Positions 61,401 to 64,000 of a DNA stretch of 64,000 nt are shown piece by piece. The translations under genes were made by a program, and so were the position numbers. The notes beneath the pieces were generated by a model, which saw only the letters and a list, made by a program, of their open reading frames with translations, had not been told where the DNA came from and searched no databases. Numbering within the stretch: the stretch's first letter is position 1; the number at the start of each line of letters is the position of its first letter. The DNA comes from Lama guanicoe (lineage: Eukaryota): the NCBI GenBank assembly GCA_013239625.1, contig MU054391.1, positions 6,157,824 to 6,221,823 on the forward strand, given 5' to 3'.

Positions 61401-62973
61401 CTCGAAGGCGGGAAGTATGCCATCTTTGCCAAATCCAAATGCCGCGCCCCGGGCACTGAGAGCTTCCGGGGAGGCCCTCCCCGCTCTGAGCAACACAGGC
61501 GTCATCACAGAAGTGGAGCATCTCCAAAAGTACCTGTTGGAAGCCAAAGACACCAGTGGAAGTGGAAGTCCCAGGACATTTGTATTCTACAGTGCCGTTG
61601 CATCACTGCCCCACCTGGCCTCCGCCCTGGTGCGGCTCCCTGGGAGTTTCTGGGACTAGGGTCATCTGGCAGGAACTGGGTCAGGGCCCCCGGAAGCCCA
61701 GCAGGGCCCTGCGGCGGGCCGGTGGCCACACAGTACATTGCAGAGAAGAGGTGACCTCTGTCCAGAGGTTGAGAAGCAGGAGTTCACTCACCTGGCCCGT
61801 TGGTCGTAGTGATGCTTGGCTTCCCGGAGCCTGCCTTCTAGGTGCACTGAAGGCAGAGTCCTAGGAAGTGTATGTCGGGCCAGCTTCAGACATACCAGCT
61901 TCCCAGCATGTGGGCTGACCACAGAACAGAAGGTTTCAGCTCTGACCACTTTACTCGTTAATTTAAAACCCTTCCCTGGTGGCCCTTGATCCATGGGGTT
62001 AAGTCCAAACACCTTAGCCTGCACCCAGGACCCTCCAAGGTCTGCCCTACTCCCCTTCCAGCTTCATCTCCTGCTCTGCCAGCGCCCCCCAAACCTTGCT
62101 CTGCAGGCCCTGCCCGCCTGACATCACAGTGGGGCTCACACAGTACGGGTACCTTGGGTCTCCTTCCTCGCCTTTGAGGTCAGGACCATAATTTACCTAT
62201 CTTCATGCATCTGGTTTCTAGCTGGTACCTGGTACCCAAAAGTCGCTCAGTATTGCTAAACTGAAACTAAGGCTGTCCTAAGAAATATGTGATTTGTATT
62301 TGCCACACGACTGATTGACTCATGGAAATTTCTCCCCACGTGCTATCCAAAATTCCAGGGACAAGAGATTCGGAATAATTTCCTTTGGTCATTTATTCAT
62401 TCATTTTAGATTGAGTGTCTCCTACATGCAAGTGATGTTCTGGGGGAGGGAGGACCCCTGCTGGATGCAGCTGTGGGCTGGGCTCTTGGGGACCAGCAGG
62501 GAACTGATGAAGGCCCAGAGAAACCTGACCTTCCACCCAAGGCTTAAAGAAAACTGTCTCTTTTATTTTATTTTCTCTTAAGCTCTTGGTAACTGCCTCT
62601 GGCCCAACGTGTTGCAGCACCTCTGCTGGGTTTTGCCTCTGCCCCATTTTTGCCAGAGCCCCACCCGAGCAGGGCCCCACCTCTGGGAATCCCCAAAGCC
62701 TGCACGACTTCTTCCTCTCGTGGCAGGGAGCAGCATGTGGAGGGTCCTTGCGTAACCTGGGCCTTCAGGAAGGTGTGTGCTCTTTCCAGGAGTGGTGAGT
62801 GTCACTTTCCTGCCAAGTCAGAACCAAGACCGTCTGAATGGCCTGCAGTGTCACGCCAGATTGAGCCACCAGGGGCCCTGAACACAAGGCAGCCGTGTAT
62901 CTGGGTTCCCAAGGAGAGGCCGCAGGAGCATCTGAAGGTGATGCTCATTGCCTCCCTTCAAACAGCCTGTGAG

Positions 62974-63080
62974 GATGGGTATAGCCCAGTGGCAGAGCAT
63001 GTGCTTAGCATGCATGAGGTCCTGGGTTTAATCCCCAGTACCTCCATTAAAATAATAATAATAATAAAACAAAACCAAGA
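62974..63080 (+). mobile_element. tRNA-derived SINE (camelid Vic-1-like)
   Basis: A box TAGCCCAGTGG, B box GGTTTAATCCC, (AAT)n/A-rich tail, TSD caaacagcctgtgag (62959-62973) / caagcagcctgtgag (63081-63095). Confidence 0.88.
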
Positions 63081-64000
63081 CAAGCAGCCTGTGAGCCCTT
63101 ATTCTAGGCCCGGGCCCCCCAACCACCACGGGGGAGAGGACAGAAGGAGGCCCTGGCCCTGGAGCAGCTCACAGTCAGGAGGGTGGCTAATCCTCAGCTC
63201 TGCTCTGGGTGTTGGGGTCACTGCGACAGTGGTTATGCAGGGTAATTCACCTTGGGGCCCAAGGGCAAAGGGATGAGCGCCCCTCTGAGTATTAGAAATA
63301 ATCATGGAGAACCATGGGCTTGGAAAGGCTGGTCCAGGGCTGGGGAGAGTTGTGGTGGGGCCCAGGGCACACAGGGCCAGAACAAGACCAGGGTGCACAG
63401 AGAGGCCATCGTCAGCGTGCCCACCTTCACTTGGGGAGAGGACTGAGGGCTGTGAAGGGTTCCTTCTGGAGGCAGCATCCGACCCCCGGGGGCTCCTCCT
63501 TTGTGGAGTGGCCTCGACCTACATTTCCCATCAGGCCAACCAAATCCTTGCTGATTGCAGGACCCGGTGATCTTAGAAGGCGGGGTAGCTGCCACACACA
63601 GGTACGAAACCTTCCTCTTCAGCGCACCGTGCCCCATATCATGTGGGCCTGAGTGTGCAAGGCAGTTCAGTAGAGGGCATTCAGCTAGGATGGGAACCAG
63701 TTACAGAGATAACAGAGTATCTCACAGCTGCATGAAGCACCGCCACCCACTGGGCCGGGCCCGAATGGGAGCGAGGGCCACCGGCAGAGGACCTGAGGGC
63801 TGTCCGGTGGGGACTGGAACCACAGAGAGGGGCTGGCGGGAGGGGCTGGAACCACAGAGGGGACGCTGGGGATGCTGCTCGAAGCAGAGAGACAGGAGGG
63901 AAAGGATCCACTTCTGCCAGCCTCCAGACTCCTACCAGGGCCTCCTGATTGGAGCCTGTTGGCCAGGGAGCTAGTGAGTGTGGCTTTCAGGAGTCAGCCC

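Noticed and set aside
58807-61659. Natural-looking short ORFs (58807-59043, 61036-61269, 61324-61659) as a hidden gene or retrocopy
   Set aside because: No family recognised, no consistent splice phases, no convincing polyA tail plus TSD; would need BLASTP/tBLASTn to revive.
62974-63046. tRNA-Ala gene (also 5110-5185)
   Set aside because: Degenerate stems, A-rich tail and target-site duplications mark these as SINEs.

Overview
Mammalian genomic DNA, most likely camelid: two tRNA-derived SINEs resemble the Vic-1 family, recognised from memory and not database-checked. The window holds the convergent HPCAL1 (+) / ODC1 (-) pair known from human 2p25. Bases 1-36,400 are upstream/intronic HPCAL1 sequence rich in MIR, L2, L1 and MER repeats. 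HPCAL1 has three coding exons (36455-~36832, mostly inside an N gap; 39012-39117; 41850-41947), giving 193 aa. ODC1 is complete on the minus strand: CpG-island/TATA promoter near 57917-58450, non-coding exons 1-2, ten coding exons between 55117 and 51225, and an intronic H/ACA snoRNA (SNORA80B). Main anomalies: (1) a 112-bp frameshifting tandem duplication in ODC1 exon 11, probably an assembly artefact; (2) apparent loss of the usual ODC1 exon-1 donor, which would pull the Myc E-boxes and extra, longer uORFs into the 5'UTR; (3) a perfect 3x83-bp tandem repeat in the HPCAL1 upstream/intronic region; (4) splice/polyA signal sets suggesting unannotated non-coding transcripts. I found no evidence of a wholly new biological system. 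Nearly all ORFs in the supplied track are chance ORFs in GC-rich non-coding DNA. Comparisons to human/mouse sequences and repeat consensi are from recall.
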